A stretch of 32,000 nucleotides of DNA from assembly GCF_018336915.1 (NCBI RefSeq), contig NZ_CP064923.1:4740001-4772000 (forward strand), given 5' to 3'. Source of the stretch: Acaryochloris marina S15. Its GTDB lineage: Bacteria; Cyanobacteriota; Cyanobacteriia; Thermosynechococcales; Thermosynechococcaceae. The notes under the pieces were generated by a model, which saw only the letters and a program-made list of their open reading frames with translations, was not told the DNA's origin and ran no database searches. Positions 8,279-20,034 of this stretch are shown piece after piece; positions within the stretch are counted from its first letter, which is position 1, and every line of letters begins with the position of its first letter. Both the position numbers and the translations under genes were made by a program.

Positions 8279-9613
8279 TTATTTCCATAACCGTTTCCAC
8301 CAAGGCTCGGGTTTAGGATTTTGAAAGTCCATCTTCTGGCGAATATCCTGGATATTCCAGCCAGTCAACTTCGCTAGTGTTTGGGCTTCCTTCTCAAACC
8401 GAGCCGGGAGGGACCGCTTGTAGCGACGACCGGCCGGACAATCCGCCTCTTGCTTATAGGGGTGGCGCATCACGTACCGCCCTTGAAAGAGTTGACGGTT
8501 GCTGGTTTCTTGGAACATCAAATCTTCGGGAAATTTATCACGGCTATAACGAACATGAAGCCGGGTGATAAATACGCCCGTCGAACGAGGGGGCACCACA
8601 AAGTCCCCCTGAGGTCTTTCTGGCAGCCAGAAAACGCCTGCTTTACGCAATTCTTCTGGGTTTAACGGCGTTGCCGAACAGGGATCGCAACTACTCATAT
8701 CCCACGCATATTCACGGAAGGCAACCCGCTTACCCGCTTTGGCATGGGCGGTCTCAAACATGGCGGTATAGAACTCACCAAACTCATCTTTCACAAATTC
8801 GGGAATCTCGCTATCCGTAGGAATATTGGCAGTGCGGTAGTTGACCAGCTCAGCCTGCCCCTTAGGAGAGAGCAAATACACAATCAAGTCTTGCTCCGCC
8901 TTGGCATTAATCATGCCCAACCGAATCGGCAGCATAAACTTAGGAGAATCAAAAGCCATCTGCAAAGGCCGCAGCTTCTGAAACTCGGATTTTTCAAATT
9001 CCTCTAAGTTGACCTTGGCAACGAAGAATTTCATATTCTGGCGAATATAAGGCTTGAGGAGCGATCGGGCCCCACGAGGGATTTTGTAGCCATTGCGATT
9101 GAGCCAGGTTTGGAGACCATTGGATTCTTTGGCACTGAGAATCACAATGTCATACTCGCCCACAGTGAACTGAGCTTCAATGGTGACCCCTAAATCAGCT
9201 TCAGCTAGAGATTCCTGAACAGGAGCTGAACTGGGGGCAGGTGAAAACACGCGATTAGACTTACGAAAAACCTGGCAGGGATTATCGTCAAAATATTCTA
9301 CTAATCGGGGAGCGGAAAAATCATCCAGCCGTTGCAAGATGGTGGGATCACCCACATGCACTTGGTCTTCCTGCAGGAGCACAGGGACAGGCACCACCAT
9401 GGCAAAGTCTTTAACGTCCCCTTTGAAGTCGTTGGCCATGGTCAGAACGGTGCGACTGCCATCTTTTGCGATCGCAACTTGAGACGCCTCGTTATACAAA
9501 GCCGTATCGGCTTTAGCGACATAAAATCCACAAAAGGCCAAAACATCGGGCGACAGGCTAGTCCACATCAGCACAGCCACCAGACAAGCACTAAGGAAAC
9601 GTTTAATTTTCAT
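8279..9613 (-). CDS. Secreted DUF2330-like protein, function unknown
   Basis: 444 aa. The signal peptide MKIKRFLSACLVAVLMWTSLSPDVLA is followed by FCGFYV. An internal CDPC motif and the length fit my recollection of the DUF2330 family. The family assignment is from memory only. Confidence 0.6.
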   Translation of the reverse strand: MKIKRFLSACLVAVLMWTSLSPDVLAFCGFYVAKADTALYNEASQVAIAKDGSRTVLTMANDFKGDVKDFAMVVPVPVLLQEDQVHVGDPTILQRLDDFSAPRLVEYFDDNPCQVFRKSNRVFSPAPSSAPVQESLAEADLGVTIEAQFTVGEYDIVILSAKESNGLQTWLNRNGYKIPRGARSLLKPYIRQNMKFFVAKVNLEEFEKSEFQKLRPLQMAFDSPKFMLPIRLGMINAKAEQDLIVYLLSPKGQAELVNYRTANIPTDSEIPEFVKDEFGEFYTAMFETAHAKAGKRVAFREYAWDMSSCDPCSATPLNPEELRKAGVFWLPERPQGDFVVPPRSTGVFITRLHVRYSRDKFPEDLMFQETSNRQLFQGRYVMRHPYKQEADCPAGRRYKRSLPARFEKEAQTLAKLTGWNIQDIRQKMDFQNPKPEPWWKRLWK

Positions 9614-9795
9614 GATCCCAAGAAACCGTCACTGAATTTCGGTCTATGCTAGCTCAACCTTTTCAGCCCACTATCTATCGTTACAAGAATTGCAACACTC
9701 AAAAGACAGAATAGGCCAGCGTAAGACTACGCCTCCATCAGCTTCAGGCACTATGAACATTCCTTGAGATACCGATACCCCTGAAGAGCTGCTCC

Positions 9796-12474
9796 CTAAG
9801 ATTTTGTCGTTTTCTTAGCAGTGGTCTTTTTGGCAGCAGTTTTTTTAGTAGTTGTCTTCTTCGCAGTGGTCTTCTTAGTCGTTTTCTTTTTGGTGGTTGA
9901 TTTGGCACGACTTGTCTTTTTCTTGCCTTTAGTCGAGGCTTTCTCTTCCAATAACGGCAAAGCCATTGCCAACGTCATATCCTCGACTTTTTTACCTTCG
10001 GGTATCGAGACATTCGTCTTATTGTGCTTGATATAAGGGCCATAGGGGCCATCATAAATATTGACTGGCGCTTCATCTTCAGGGTGATTGCCCAGTTCTT
10101 TCAAGGCTTTTTTCGTGCCTCGTCGTCCCCGAGTCCCTTTCGGCATTGCCAACAGTTCCAAGGCTCGCTCAAAAGAAATGGTAAACAGATCATCTTCTTT
10201 CTTTAAGGATCGATAATCTTTGCCTTCTTTGCCTTGGTCATGGACCACATAGGGGCCAAACCGGCCTAAACCCACCTGGACTTTGCAATCGGTATCAGGA
10301 TGCTGTCCCAGTAACCGCGGCAAGGACAACAGCTCCACCGCCATTTCTAAGGTCACCGATTCCATCGCCACGCCTTTGGGGAGTGAGGCTCGTTTGGGCT
10401 TTTTATTTTCCTCAGTGACATCCCCCAGCTGCACATAGGGGCCATAGGCACCGAGCATAATATAGATGGGGTCTCCTTTCTCTGGATGAGAACCCAATTG
10501 TTGTGGACCTTCCAGCTTTTGTTTGAGGAGCTGCTCAATTTGTTCTGGGGTCAAATCCGCCGGCGTCATATCTTTGGGCAAAGACGCCTTTACTGGTTTT
10601 TCTTCATGCTCCGTCTCAATATAGGGACCAAAGCGGCCAATCCGCACCTTGGCCTCTAGATTGTCGAGGTCAATCGTACGAGCTTCACCGGGATCAATCT
10701 GGTCTTGCCGATTTTTGACTTGGGTTTCCAGGCCTTCATCACCCAAATAAAAATCGCTCAGATACGGCAGCCACTCCACCTCACCCGTTGAGATGCCATC
10801 CAATCTCCGCTCCATGCGCGCTGTAAAGCTGAGATCCACTAAGTCCGGGAAATGCTGCTCTAACAAAGCGGTAACCGCAAAGGCGGTAAAGGTAGGCACC
10901 AAAGCATTTGCCTGGCGCTGGGCATAGCCCCGGTCAATAATCGTGCCGATAACACTGGCATAGGTACTAGGACGACCAATCCCTTCTTTTTCCAGCGTTT
11001 TAACCAGAGATGCTTCTGTAAAGCGAGCAGGAGGCTGGGTCTCATGGCCAATGGGCGACAGCTCCGTGCATTCAGGCGTATCCCCTTGCTTCAGGGAAGG
11101 CAACAGCACCTCTTGATCATCTAGTGCCGCATCTGGATCGTCAGACCCTTCCACATAAGCGCGGAAAAATCCAGGAAAATCGATTCGTTTACCCGTAGAC
11201 CGGAACCCAGCATCTTCGACTTCTAGATGAACCGTGATGTGGGTTTGACGCGCTTCGGCCATTTGGGTGGCCACAGTACGTTTCCAAATCAGTTCATACA
11301 GCTTACTCTCTGCGCCTTGAAGGCCCGTTTCTTTGGGAGTACGGAAGGTTTGTCCGGCGGGACGAATGGCTTCGTGAGCCTCCTGGGCCCCCTTGCTTTT
11401 TGTTTTATATTGTCTGGGTTCAGGGCTAAGGTAGTTTTTACCATAGAGGTCTTCCACACAGCCACGAGCGGCGGCAATGGCCTGTTGCGACAGATTCACC
11501 GAATCCGTTCGCATATAGGTAATAAATCCTTTTTCATAGAGGCTCTGGGCCACTCGCATGGTTTCCCGTGCCGACAGCCTTAGCTTTCGGTTGGCCTCCT
11601 GCTGCAACGTCGAGGTGATAAAGGGGGGCGCTGGTTTACGGGTGGAAGGGCGCTCATCTACACCGGCCACAGTCCAAGTCTTATCGGCAAGGCGCGTTTG
11701 TAAGGCCAAGGTCTCAGCCTCATTGAGCAGGACCACATCCCGACCCGCAACGATTTGCCCAGTGTTCTCGTCAAAATCATTGCCCGTCGCTAACCGCTTG
11801 CCGGCTAGAGTCACCAAACGAGATTCAAAGGCCGATTTATCTTTGCTAAGAGCTGCTTTTAAGTCCCAATAGCTACCTTGGCGGAAGGCGCGCCGCTCTC
11901 GCTCACGGGTCACTAGCAGCCGCACCGCCACAGACTGCACTCGCCCAGCTGACAAGCTAGGAGCAATTTTCTTCCATAACAAGGGAGATAAGGTATATCC
12001 CACCAATCGATCTAAAATACGGCGGGTTTCCTGAGCACGAACCAACCGCTGATCCACATCGCGACAATTGGTTAAGGCTGCTTTAATCGCTTCATCAGTA
12101 ATTTCGTGAAAAACCATCCGCTTCGTCGGCACCTTGGGCTTCAGAAGCTGCAGCAAGTGCCAGCTAATACTTTCTCCTTCCCGGTCTTCGTCAGTGGCTA
12201 GCACTAACTCATCAGAATTTTTGAGGGCTTCTTTCAGCTCTTTGACAATTTTTTTCTTATCTTTAGGGACAACATATAGGGGTTCAAACTCTGCCTGAAC
12301 GTTGACCCCTAAGCTGGACCATTTCTCACCTTTAACCGCTGCAGGAATTTCCGATGCAGTCCGCGGTAGATCACGAACATGCCCCATCGATGCTTCAACC
12401 CGGTATCCCGAAGGCAGATAATTGCGGATCGTTTTCGCCTTCGTAGGAGATTCAACAATAACCAGTGTGGACAT
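9796..12474 (-). CDS. topA: DNA topoisomerase I (type IA)
   Basis: The true start is most likely [20 protein letters not shown] (ATG 12472-12474), not the track start at 12552. It has Toprim (ESPTKA, DEDREGE) and the active-site region YITYMRTDS. Four C-terminal GxxGPY repeats are followed by a Lys/Thr-rich tail. Confidence 0.95.
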   Translation of the reverse strand: MSTLVIVESPTKAKTIRNYLPSGYRVEASMGHVRDLPRTASEIPAAVKGEKWSSLGVNVQAEFEPLYVVPKDKKKIVKELKEALKNSDELVLATDEDREGESISWHLLQLLKPKVPTKRMVFHEITDEAIKAALTNCRDVDQRLVRAQETRRILDRLVGYTLSPLLWKKIAPSLSAGRVQSVAVRLLVTRERERRAFRQGSYWDLKAALSKDKSAFESRLVTLAGKRLATGNDFDENTGQIVAGRDVVLLNEAETLALQTRLADKTWTVAGVDERPSTRKPAPPFITSTLQQEANRKLRLSARETMRVAQSLYEKGFITYMRTDSVNLSQQAIAAARGCVEDLYGKNYLSPEPRQYKTKSKGAQEAHEAIRPAGQTFRTPKETGLQGAESKLYELIWKRTVATQMAEARQTHITVHLEVEDAGFRSTGKRIDFPGFFRAYVEGSDDPDAALDDQEVLLPSLKQGDTPECTELSPIGHETQPPARFTEASLVKTLEKEGIGRPSTYASVIGTIIDRGYAQRQANALVPTFTAFAVTALLEQHFPDLVDLSFTARMERRLDGISTGEVEWLPYLSDFYLGDEGLETQVKNRQDQIDPGEARTIDLDNLEAKVRIGRFGPYIETEHEEKPVKASLPKDMTPADLTPEQIEQLLKQKLEGPQQLGSHPEKGDPIYIMLGAYGPYVQLGDVTEENKKPKRASLPKGVAMESVTLEMAVELLSLPRLLGQHPDTDCKVQVGLGRFGPYVVHDQGKEGKDYRSLKKEDDLFTISFERALELLAMPKGTRGRRGTKKALKELGNHPEDEAPVNIYDGPYGPYIKHNKTNVSIPEGKKVEDMTLAMALPLLEEKASTKGKKKTSRAKSTTKKKTTKKTTAKKTTTKKTAAKKTTAKKTTKS

Positions 12475-12874
12475 AGTCTCAATGGGGAATGTGTGATGGA
12501 CAAAAGATAAGCTGCCTTTGCCAATCCCAACCGAATTCATGCGGACAGACAAAGGAAGAACTAAATTCTTGCTTATGAAGGGCTGAGTTGCGATATGAAC
12601 CTACCCTAACCTTAATCAGACGATTCAGTGGGTAGCTCAATGAACCCCTTCAAATTTTTTATAGCAAATGTTGCGAGTGTACCCTAAGTTTTTTGTCACT
12701 TGATCAACTAGTAGCTCCTCAAGTCTAGCCCGCTTCTCCCGGCAGAACGTCCCTTAACTTGGTATCTTGGTTGTTGGCGCTTGCGCGTTAAAATTCTCAA
12801 CATAATCCTTGCCATTAAATTTCACTATTTGATGACTGGGCTTATGTCGCCAAAGATATTACCAATCTTGACTA

Positions 12875-14443
12875 ATGGACGTTGCCAATCTCGCTAGCCA
12901 GCTAAATGCCACCACCATCTTGCCTGAAGGCGTTTTGGTGATCTCGTTGATTCTTGTTCTCCTTGGAGATATTACCTTTGGTCGTTCATCGGCAAAATGG
13001 ACCCCATACCTTGCGATCGCAAGTTTGGTAGCCTGCCTCTATCTGCTATATACCCAGTGGGATCAAGCTAATCCCATCGGTTTTTTGGGTAGTTTTCATG
13101 CCGATAACCTCAGCATTGTTTTTAGAGCCATCATTGCCCTGTCGACCCTAGTCACCATCTTGATGTCGGTGCGCTATATCGAACAAGCGGGCAGCTCTAT
13201 TGGCGAATTTATGACGATCCTGATGACCGCCACAGTCGGCGCCATGTTCCTCTGCGGCGCAGAAGAACTCGTCATGATTTTCATCTCTTTGGAAACCTTG
13301 AGTATCGCCTCCTACCTGATGACAGGCTACATGAAGCGCGATGCTCGCTCCAATGAAGCTGCCCTGAAATATTTGCTAATTGGTGCATCGAGTTCGGCGG
13401 TGTTCTTATACGGTTTATCCCTGCTCTACGGACTTTCCGGGGGCAAAACCCATTTGGATGACATCGCCCTGGCCCTAGCCGATACGTCAAAATCCTTGGC
13501 TTTAGTCATTTCCCTAGTGTTTGTGATTGCCAGTGTTAGCTTCAAAATCGCGGCAGTGCCTTTCCACCAATGGACACCCGATGTATATGAAGGCTCTCCC
13601 ACACCAGTGGTTGCCTTCCTCTCCGTAGGGTCCAAAGCAGCTGGATTTGCCTTGGCTATTCGTCTGTTAACGCAAGCCTTCCCCAACTTAGTGGAGCAGT
13701 GGCAATTTATCTTCACTGCCTTGGCCATTTTGAGCATGGTGCTCGGCAATGTGGTCGCCATTGCTCAAACCAGTATGAAGCGGATGCTCGCCTATTCCTC
13801 CATTGGCCAAGCAGGCTTTGTCATGATTGGCCTTGTGCTTGGTACGGAAGCAGGTTATGCCAGCATGGTCTTCTACCTGCTGATTTACCTGTTTATGAAC
13901 TTGGGTGCGTTTACCTGCGTGATTCTGTTCTCTCTCCGCACTGGAACAGATGAAATTGGTGATTATGCTGGACTCTATCTCAAAGATCCCCTTTTAACTC
14001 TAGCCTTGAGCCTCTGCTTGCTCTCCTTAGGAGGGATACCGCCTCTTGCGGGCTTCTTTGGCAAGCTGTACCTCTTCTGGGCCGGTTGGCAGGCTGGGGC
14101 CTATGGCCTAGTCATTCTGGGCCTAATTACCAGCGTGGTCTCGATCTACTACTACATTCGAGTGATCAAGATGATGGTGGTCAAAGAGCCCCAAGACATG
14201 TCTGAGGTGATCAAGAACTATCCCAGCATTGTTTGGAAACCCTTGGGTATGCGCCCCTTACAAATCGGCTTGGTCCTCACGCTGATTGCTACCTCTTTGG
14301 CTGGAGTCCTTTCCAACCCATTGCTAACGATTGTGAATAGCTCGGTTGCGGATGTTCCTCGCTTTAAACAAGCAGCAATCCCCACAACTATCGATGTTGC
14401 TGCCATTCATCCCGATACGCCTACGATTGCACCTGAGCTATAA
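12875..14443 (+). CDS. ndhB: NAD(P)H-quinone oxidoreductase (NDH-1) subunit 2
   Basis: 522 aa polytopic membrane protein. [30 protein letters not shown].., ..[29 protein letters not shown].. and ..[12 protein letters not shown].. are collinear with cyanobacterial and chloroplast NdhB. Confidence 0.95.
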   Translation: MDVANLASQLNATTILPEGVLVISLILVLLGDITFGRSSAKWTPYLAIASLVACLYLLYTQWDQANPIGFLGSFHADNLSIVFRAIIALSTLVTILMSVRYIEQAGSSIGEFMTILMTATVGAMFLCGAEELVMIFISLETLSIASYLMTGYMKRDARSNEAALKYLLIGASSSAVFLYGLSLLYGLSGGKTHLDDIALALADTSKSLALVISLVFVIASVSFKIAAVPFHQWTPDVYEGSPTPVVAFLSVGSKAAGFALAIRLLTQAFPNLVEQWQFIFTALAILSMVLGNVVAIAQTSMKRMLAYSSIGQAGFVMIGLVLGTEAGYASMVFYLLIYLFMNLGAFTCVILFSLRTGTDEIGDYAGLYLKDPLLTLALSLCLLSLGGIPPLAGFFGKLYLFWAGWQAGAYGLVILGLITSVVSIYYYIRVIKMMVVKEPQDMSEVIKNYPSIVWKPLGMRPLQIGLVLTLIATSLAGVLSNPLLTIVNSSVADVPRFKQAAIPTTIDVAAIHPDTPTIAPEL

Positions 14444-14574
14444 ACGGAACAGTAGGCCAAATAGGCAAGAGATCTGAGAGAAACTAGGGCGACTTCCAAA
14501 AGCAAGCAACCCTGACTTTGACAAAAGGATATCTCTTCTAGAAACAGCTTAAGGCCAGGCTTGAGCTCTAACAG

Positions 14575-14606
14575 AAAAAGAGCCTCCCCTATGGGAGGCT
14601 CTTTTT
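14575..14606. terminator. Bidirectional intrinsic terminator between convergent ndhB and petH
   Basis: aaaaagagcctccc-ctat-gggaggctcttttt. A perfect 10-bp GC-rich stem (14579-14588 / 14593-14602) with a 4-nt loop, flanked by an A-run and a T-run so it reads as a terminator on both strands. Confidence 0.8.
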
Positions 14607-14640
14607 GTATGGCTTATTGAATAATGGCGTTGTAATGGAT

Positions 14641-15711
<1,071 letters not shown>

Positions 15712-16054
15712 CTAACCTATCGTAATATTTTGCAATAAGATGTCTATGATTTCAAAGGAGTGTATTTTACACTTCTTAGGGTTTGGGTTTCAATTTGGCA
15801 AATCGTTCCGTATCCCAGGGAACAGCGCAATTGTATAACGGTCATAGACAATAGACCACGGCTTTAAACAAATCAGACTGATGGCAAAAGCCGATGAAGC
15901 CATTTGCAAAACGGATGAACTCAATCATTTCGGTCTGTAACGGAAAAGTTAAGGTGTGTTTCAACTTACCCTTAAGAACTTCTGTAGATAGGGTTTGGTC
16001 AAGATCTCCGTGATACGATTCGCTACGTAGCCGTTAAAAGTTTGGAGGATCGCC

Positions 16055-17275
16055 TTGACACTACGGGTAGCAGTTGTTGGGTCAGGGCCAGCCGGGTCAT
16101 CAGCAGCAGAAACGCTGGTAAAGGCTGGTATTGAGACCTATTTGTTTGAGCGTAAATTAGATAACGCAAAGCCTTGTGGTGGTGCGATTCCGCTGTGCAT
16201 GGTGGATGAATTTGATCTCCCCCTTGAGATTATTGACCGACAGGTTAGAAAGATGAGAATGATCTCTCCTTCTAACATTGAGGTGGATATCAATATCAAA
16301 AACGAGGGTGAGTATATCGGCATGTGCCGTCGAGAAGTACTTGACGGATTTATGCGCGATCGCGCCGCTAAATTAGGTGCGAAGTTGATCAACGGCACTG
16401 TCAATAAGCTAGATTTCCCCACTGGGGCCAATCAGCCTTACACGATTCACTATGCCGACTTAACTGGTGGTCGGACTGAAGGGGTAATGAAAACCCTTCA
16501 AGTCGATTTGGTCATTGGTGCTGATGGCGCCAACTCCAGAATTGCTAAAGAGATTAAAGCAGGCGACTACAACTATGCGATCGCATTTCAGGAGCGCATC
16601 CGCCTTCCTGATGAGTACATGGAGTACTACCAAGATCGTGCCGAGATGTATGTCGGTGATGATGTCTCTACGGACTTCTATGCCTGGGTATTCCCCAAGT
16701 ACGATCACGTCGCCGTTGGCACTGGCACCATGAAGGTCAACCAAGCCGACATCAAGAAGCTGCAAGCGGGTATTCGTGCTCGTGCTGCCCATCGCCTCGT
16801 CGGTGGTGAAATCATCAAAGTGGAAGCTCACCCCATTCCCGAGCATCCTCGTCCTCGCCGGGTCGTCGGTCGGGTTGCCCTAGTCGGTGACGCTGCCGGT
16901 ACAGTAACCAAGTCTTCTGGTGAAGGTATTTACTTTGCCGCCAAGTCTGCGCGGATGTGTGCAGAAACCATCGTTGAGTTTTCTAACAATGGTGAACGCA
17001 TTCCCTCGGAAGAAGACCTCAAGGTCTATCTGAAGCGTTGGGACAAAGCTTACGGCATGACCTACAAGGTCTTGGACATTTTGCAGCGCGTGTTCTACCG
17101 CTCTGATGCCACTCGGGAAGCCTTTGTGGAAATGTGTGCGGATGAAGATGTACAGCAAATGACTTTCGATAGTTATTTGTATAAGACTGTGGTTCCCATG
17201 AATCCGCTGAAGCAGATCAAGATTACCGCTAAGACTTTAGGTAGCTTGATTCGGGGTAATGCTCTAGCTCCCTAA
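16055..17275 (+). CDS. chlP: Geranylgeranyl diphosphate / geranylgeranyl-chlorophyll reductase
   Basis: 406 aa. TTG start preceded by GGAGGA. MTLRVAVVGSGPAGSSAAETLVKAGIETYLFERKLDNAKPCGGAIPLCMVDEFDLP.. is nearly collinear with known ChlP. It carries a GxGxxG FAD-binding motif. Confidence 0.95.
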   Translation: MTLRVAVVGSGPAGSSAAETLVKAGIETYLFERKLDNAKPCGGAIPLCMVDEFDLPLEIIDRQVRKMRMISPSNIEVDINIKNEGEYIGMCRREVLDGFMRDRAAKLGAKLINGTVNKLDFPTGANQPYTIHYADLTGGRTEGVMKTLQVDLVIGADGANSRIAKEIKAGDYNYAIAFQERIRLPDEYMEYYQDRAEMYVGDDVSTDFYAWVFPKYDHVAVGTGTMKVNQADIKKLQAGIRARAAHRLVGGEIIKVEAHPIPEHPRPRRVVGRVALVGDAAGTVTKSSGEGIYFAAKSARMCAETIVEFSNNGERIPSEEDLKVYLKRWDKAYGMTYKVLDILQRVFYRSDATREAFVEMCADEDVQQMTFDSYLYKTVVPMNPLKQIKITAKTLGSLIRGNALAP

Positions 17276-17302
17276 GTCCAGGGCTTGAGCACGTCTAAAT
17301 TC

Positions 17303-17349
17303 AAAAACTCAAGCCCTTTAGATTTCATATCTAAAGGGCTTGAGTTTTT
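17303..17349. terminator. Bidirectional intrinsic terminator between chlP and the convergent small ORF
   Basis: aaaaactcaagcccttta-gatttcatatc-taaagggcttgagttttt. An 18-nt perfect inverted repeat with an A-run and T-run at its ends, lying between two convergent genes. Confidence 0.75.
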
Positions 17350-17387
17350 GAAAAACGCTGACCGAAATTTTGTTCAAAGACTATTTT

Positions 17388-17702
17388 TTAGGGATTTAAA
17401 ACTTTCACTTGAATCCCTCGATGATCTTCATTCTCAGGAATATCGCCTGGTTTATCCGGTCCCGGCGTCAGCTCCACTTGCGGAGGGATGCCAATGCTAA
17501 TTTCTTGGGGTTCGGGTAACTGCTTAGGCTGAGGTTGCCAAGACCGTATTCCCACTTCTTGAACCCCAAGAGTTTTAGCATCGCCAGTCTTTGAGGAAGC
17601 CGATGGCCGATTTTGCCCTCTTTGTTGAGCCATGGCATTTTCTCCCCCCATGCTCAACACCACCATCAATAGGGTTGTACAAACGAACGTTAATCTAAAC
17701 AT
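17388..17702 (-). CDS. Hypothetical small secreted protein
   Basis: 104 aa. The signal-peptide-like N-terminus MFRLTFVCTTLLMVVLSMGGENAMA is followed by a Q/P-rich low-complexity sequence. I recognise no family. It is followed by the 17303-17349 terminator. Confidence 0.5.
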   Translation of the reverse strand: MFRLTFVCTTLLMVVLSMGGENAMAQQRGQNRPSASSKTGDAKTLGVQEVGIRSWQPQPKQLPEPQEISIGIPPQVELTPGPDKPGDIPENEDHRGIQVKVLNP

Positions 17703-17994
17703 CGTTTTAGCTCTCTTTGTAATTAATAACCTAGCTAAACGGGGATAGCATTGAATTTCACAAGTTGAGTGAGCTGATTTACCCGTCTAAATTGACACAT
17801 GGATCGGATTTTCCTCAGATATCTCCATTTTAGTGAATAGGTTCTTCACTTTTTTTGCCTAAAGTAACCAAATTCAAGACTTAAAATTTTCTTTAGATCT
17901 CCATTGTCTACAGGTGCAAGTCAGGATACCTCTCCCTGAAACCGATCGAAGACCCTTTATTCTGGGAAAGAAGACACAAAGGAGCCATAAGGCG

Positions 17995-18774
17995 ATGGCT
18001 GTGACCATTGATCAGCTACGGAAATGGAAAGAACAGGGACGTCCCATCTCAGTCCTTACAGCCTGGGACTTTCCCTTCGCAACTTTATTAGACCAAGCAG
18101 GAGTCGATGTCCTACTAGTAGGAGACTCTTTGGCCATGGTTGCCTTAGGGTATTCCACCACCCTACCTCTGACCTTGGAAGAAATGCTCTACCACGCCCA
18201 AGCTGTCACCAGAGGGGTCAACCATGCCCTAGTGATTTGTGATCTGCCCTTTCTGAGTTATCAAGAAAGCCCTCAACAGGCCCTGAGAAGCGCTGGAACC
18301 CTATTGCAACAGGCAGGAGTAGCTGCCGTCAAACTAGAGGGAGGGTATCCAGACATGGCAGCAACCGTTCACTATTTGGTGGAGCGAGGGATTCCGGTGA
18401 TGGGACATGTGGGCTTAACTCCCCAGTCTGTCCATCAGTTCAGCGGCTATCGACGCCAAGGAACCTCTGATGCAGACGCAGACCGTATTTTACAAGAAGC
18501 CATTGCCCTGGAAGCAGCAGGCGCTTTTGCGATTGTTCTGGAGCATATTCCTGCCCCCCTAGCCGCGAAAATCACCCAAACGTTAGCCATCCCCACCATT
18601 GGCATTGGCGCTGGTGCAGGATGTGATGGCCAAGTGCTGGTTACAGCCGATATGTTGGGCTTATCTGCATGGCAACCTCCCTTTGCCAAAGCCTATACCA
18701 ATCTGCAGGAATCGATTACTGGAGCAGTGAAGCAATTTTGTGATGATGTTCGTAATCATCAATTTCCCCAATAG
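17995..18774 (+). CDS. panB: 3-methyl-2-oxobutanoate hydroxymethyltransferase (pantothenate biosynthesis)
   Basis: Start taken at [29 protein letters not shown] (ATG 17995, AAAGGAG 10 nt upstream) rather than the track start at 17914. [28 protein letters not shown] and IGIGAG are PanB hallmarks. Confidence 0.93.
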   Translation: MAVTIDQLRKWKEQGRPISVLTAWDFPFATLLDQAGVDVLLVGDSLAMVALGYSTTLPLTLEEMLYHAQAVTRGVNHALVICDLPFLSYQESPQQALRSAGTLLQQAGVAAVKLEGGYPDMAATVHYLVERGIPVMGHVGLTPQSVHQFSGYRRQGTSDADADRILQEAIALEAAGAFAIVLEHIPAPLAAKITQTLAIPTIGIGAGAGCDGQVLVTADMLGLSAWQPPFAKAYTNLQESITGAVKQFCDDVRNHQFPQ

Positions 18775-18869
18775 TGCCTATTCCAAATCCAGCCACCCCG
18801 CTGAAACCGAATAGAAAGCGATAAGGTAATAAGGTAAAGATGTGGCCTAGCTGGGAAAGGAAGGGATGA

Positions 18870-19514
18870 ATGCCTATCATCGCCGTGATTGACTACGATA
18901 TGGGCAATCTGCATTCAGCCTGTAAGGGACTACAAGAAGCTGGAGCACAAACAATTGTCAGCGATCGCCCAGAGGATCTGGTATCTGCCGATGCAGTCGT
19001 CCTCCCCGGAGTGGGAGCTTTTGATCCAGCGATGCAGCATTTGCGATCGCGTCATCTCATCCCCGTCATCCAAGACATTCTCGCCAGCGGCAAGCCCTTT
19101 CTGGGGATTTGTTTAGGGCTACAAATTTTGTTTGAGGGTAGCGAAGAAGGGACTGAAGCTGGATTAGGCATTATTTCCGGCACGGTCAAGCGATTCCAAT
19201 CCGAACCGGACATTACAATTCCCCATATGGGCTGGAACCAACTGGAGTATCAACAGCCCGATCTACCCCTGTGGCGTCATTCTCCTACTAATCCTTGGAT
19301 GTATTTTGTCCATTCCTATTACGTTGATCCGGTTGACCCTACCGTCAAAGCAGCCACCGTCACCCACGGCACTCAGACCATTACCGCAGCCATTGCCCAG
19401 GACAACTTAATGGCAGTCCAGTTTCACCCTGAGAAATCCTCCACCTTCGGACTACAAATCCTGGCTAACTTTGTTGAGCAGGTGCAGGCTACCTTGGCGA
19501 CTCCCGCTGTTTAA
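18870..19514 (+). CDS. hisH: Imidazole glycerol phosphate synthase, glutamine amidotransferase subunit
   Basis: 214 aa. MPIIAVIDYDMGNLHSACKGL..LPGVGAF..PFLGICLGLQILF..IPHMGWN..YFVHSY..QFHPEKS shows the class-I GATase Cys-His-Glu pattern typical of HisH. Confidence 0.95.
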   Translation: MPIIAVIDYDMGNLHSACKGLQEAGAQTIVSDRPEDLVSADAVVLPGVGAFDPAMQHLRSRHLIPVIQDILASGKPFLGICLGLQILFEGSEEGTEAGLGIISGTVKRFQSEPDITIPHMGWNQLEYQQPDLPLWRHSPTNPWMYFVHSYYVDPVDPTVKAATVTHGTQTITAAIAQDNLMAVQFHPEKSSTFGLQILANFVEQVQATLATPAV

Positions 19515-19521
19515 ATCTCCC

Positions 19522-20034
19522 ATGAATTACTTAATTGCAGTCTTAGCTGATCGAATCCAAGCAGAAGCCGCCTATACCGATTTAGAAAAATCAGGAATTC
19601 CCCTCACCCAAGTCTCAATATTGGGCAGAGGCTATAAAAGCGCCGATGAATTTGGTTTTATCGACCCCAAAAAGCCAGCCCGAGAACAAGCTCGACGACT
19701 GATGAACTTCTCCATCCCTTTAGGGTTGATCTTTGGATCAACCTTTGAGTTATATACTGGCATTCGCCTCTTCCCTGGAGTGGGAACGGTGATTAATGTC
19801 ATCTTAGGAGGACTACTCGGCGCTTCCTTTGGAGCCTTTGGCGGACTCTTTTCAGGCGGCCTGACCGGTTTAACGACCGGCAGTGGAGATGCATTGGTTT
19901 ATCGCAATCGTTTAAACGCCGGGAAATATATCGTGGTGGTCAAAGGCACAGACCCACTGACCCGCAAAGCCACCGATATCCTGCAACGATATGATCCCGA
20001 AAATATCCAAGGCTATGTTGAACCTCCAGACTGA
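19522..20034 (+). CDS. Hypothetical membrane protein with a glycine-zipper TM core flanked by small soluble segments
   Basis: Start at ATG 19522 (MNYLIAVLADRIQ..), 7 nt after the hisH stop. The track start at 19471 overlaps hisH. The central GVGTVINVILGGLLGASFGAFGGLFSGGLTGLTTGSG is glycine-zipper-like. The stop TGA overlaps the rsmD ATG by 1 nt. Confidence 0.6.
   Translation: MNYLIAVLADRIQAEAAYTDLEKSGIPLTQVSILGRGYKSADEFGFIDPKKPAREQARRLMNFSIPLGLIFGSTFELYTGIRLFPGVGTVINVILGGLLGASFGAFGGLFSGGLTGLTTGSGDALVYRNRLNAGKYIVVVKGTDPLTRKATDILQRYDPENIQGYVEPPD

Noticed and set aside
12475-12552. N-terminal extension of topA ([26 protein letters not shown])
   Set aside because: Type IA topoisomerases begin essentially at the Toprim strand ([13 protein letters not shown]), so the extension is probably just open frame upstream of the real ATG. 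The panB (17914-17994) and 19471-19521 extensions were trimmed for the same reason.
17285-17500. 71-aa plus-strand ORF after chlP
   Set aside because: It has a non-ATG start and begins inside the bidirectional terminator hairpin. It overlaps the convergent signal-peptide ORF, and nothing in its sequence is recognisable.
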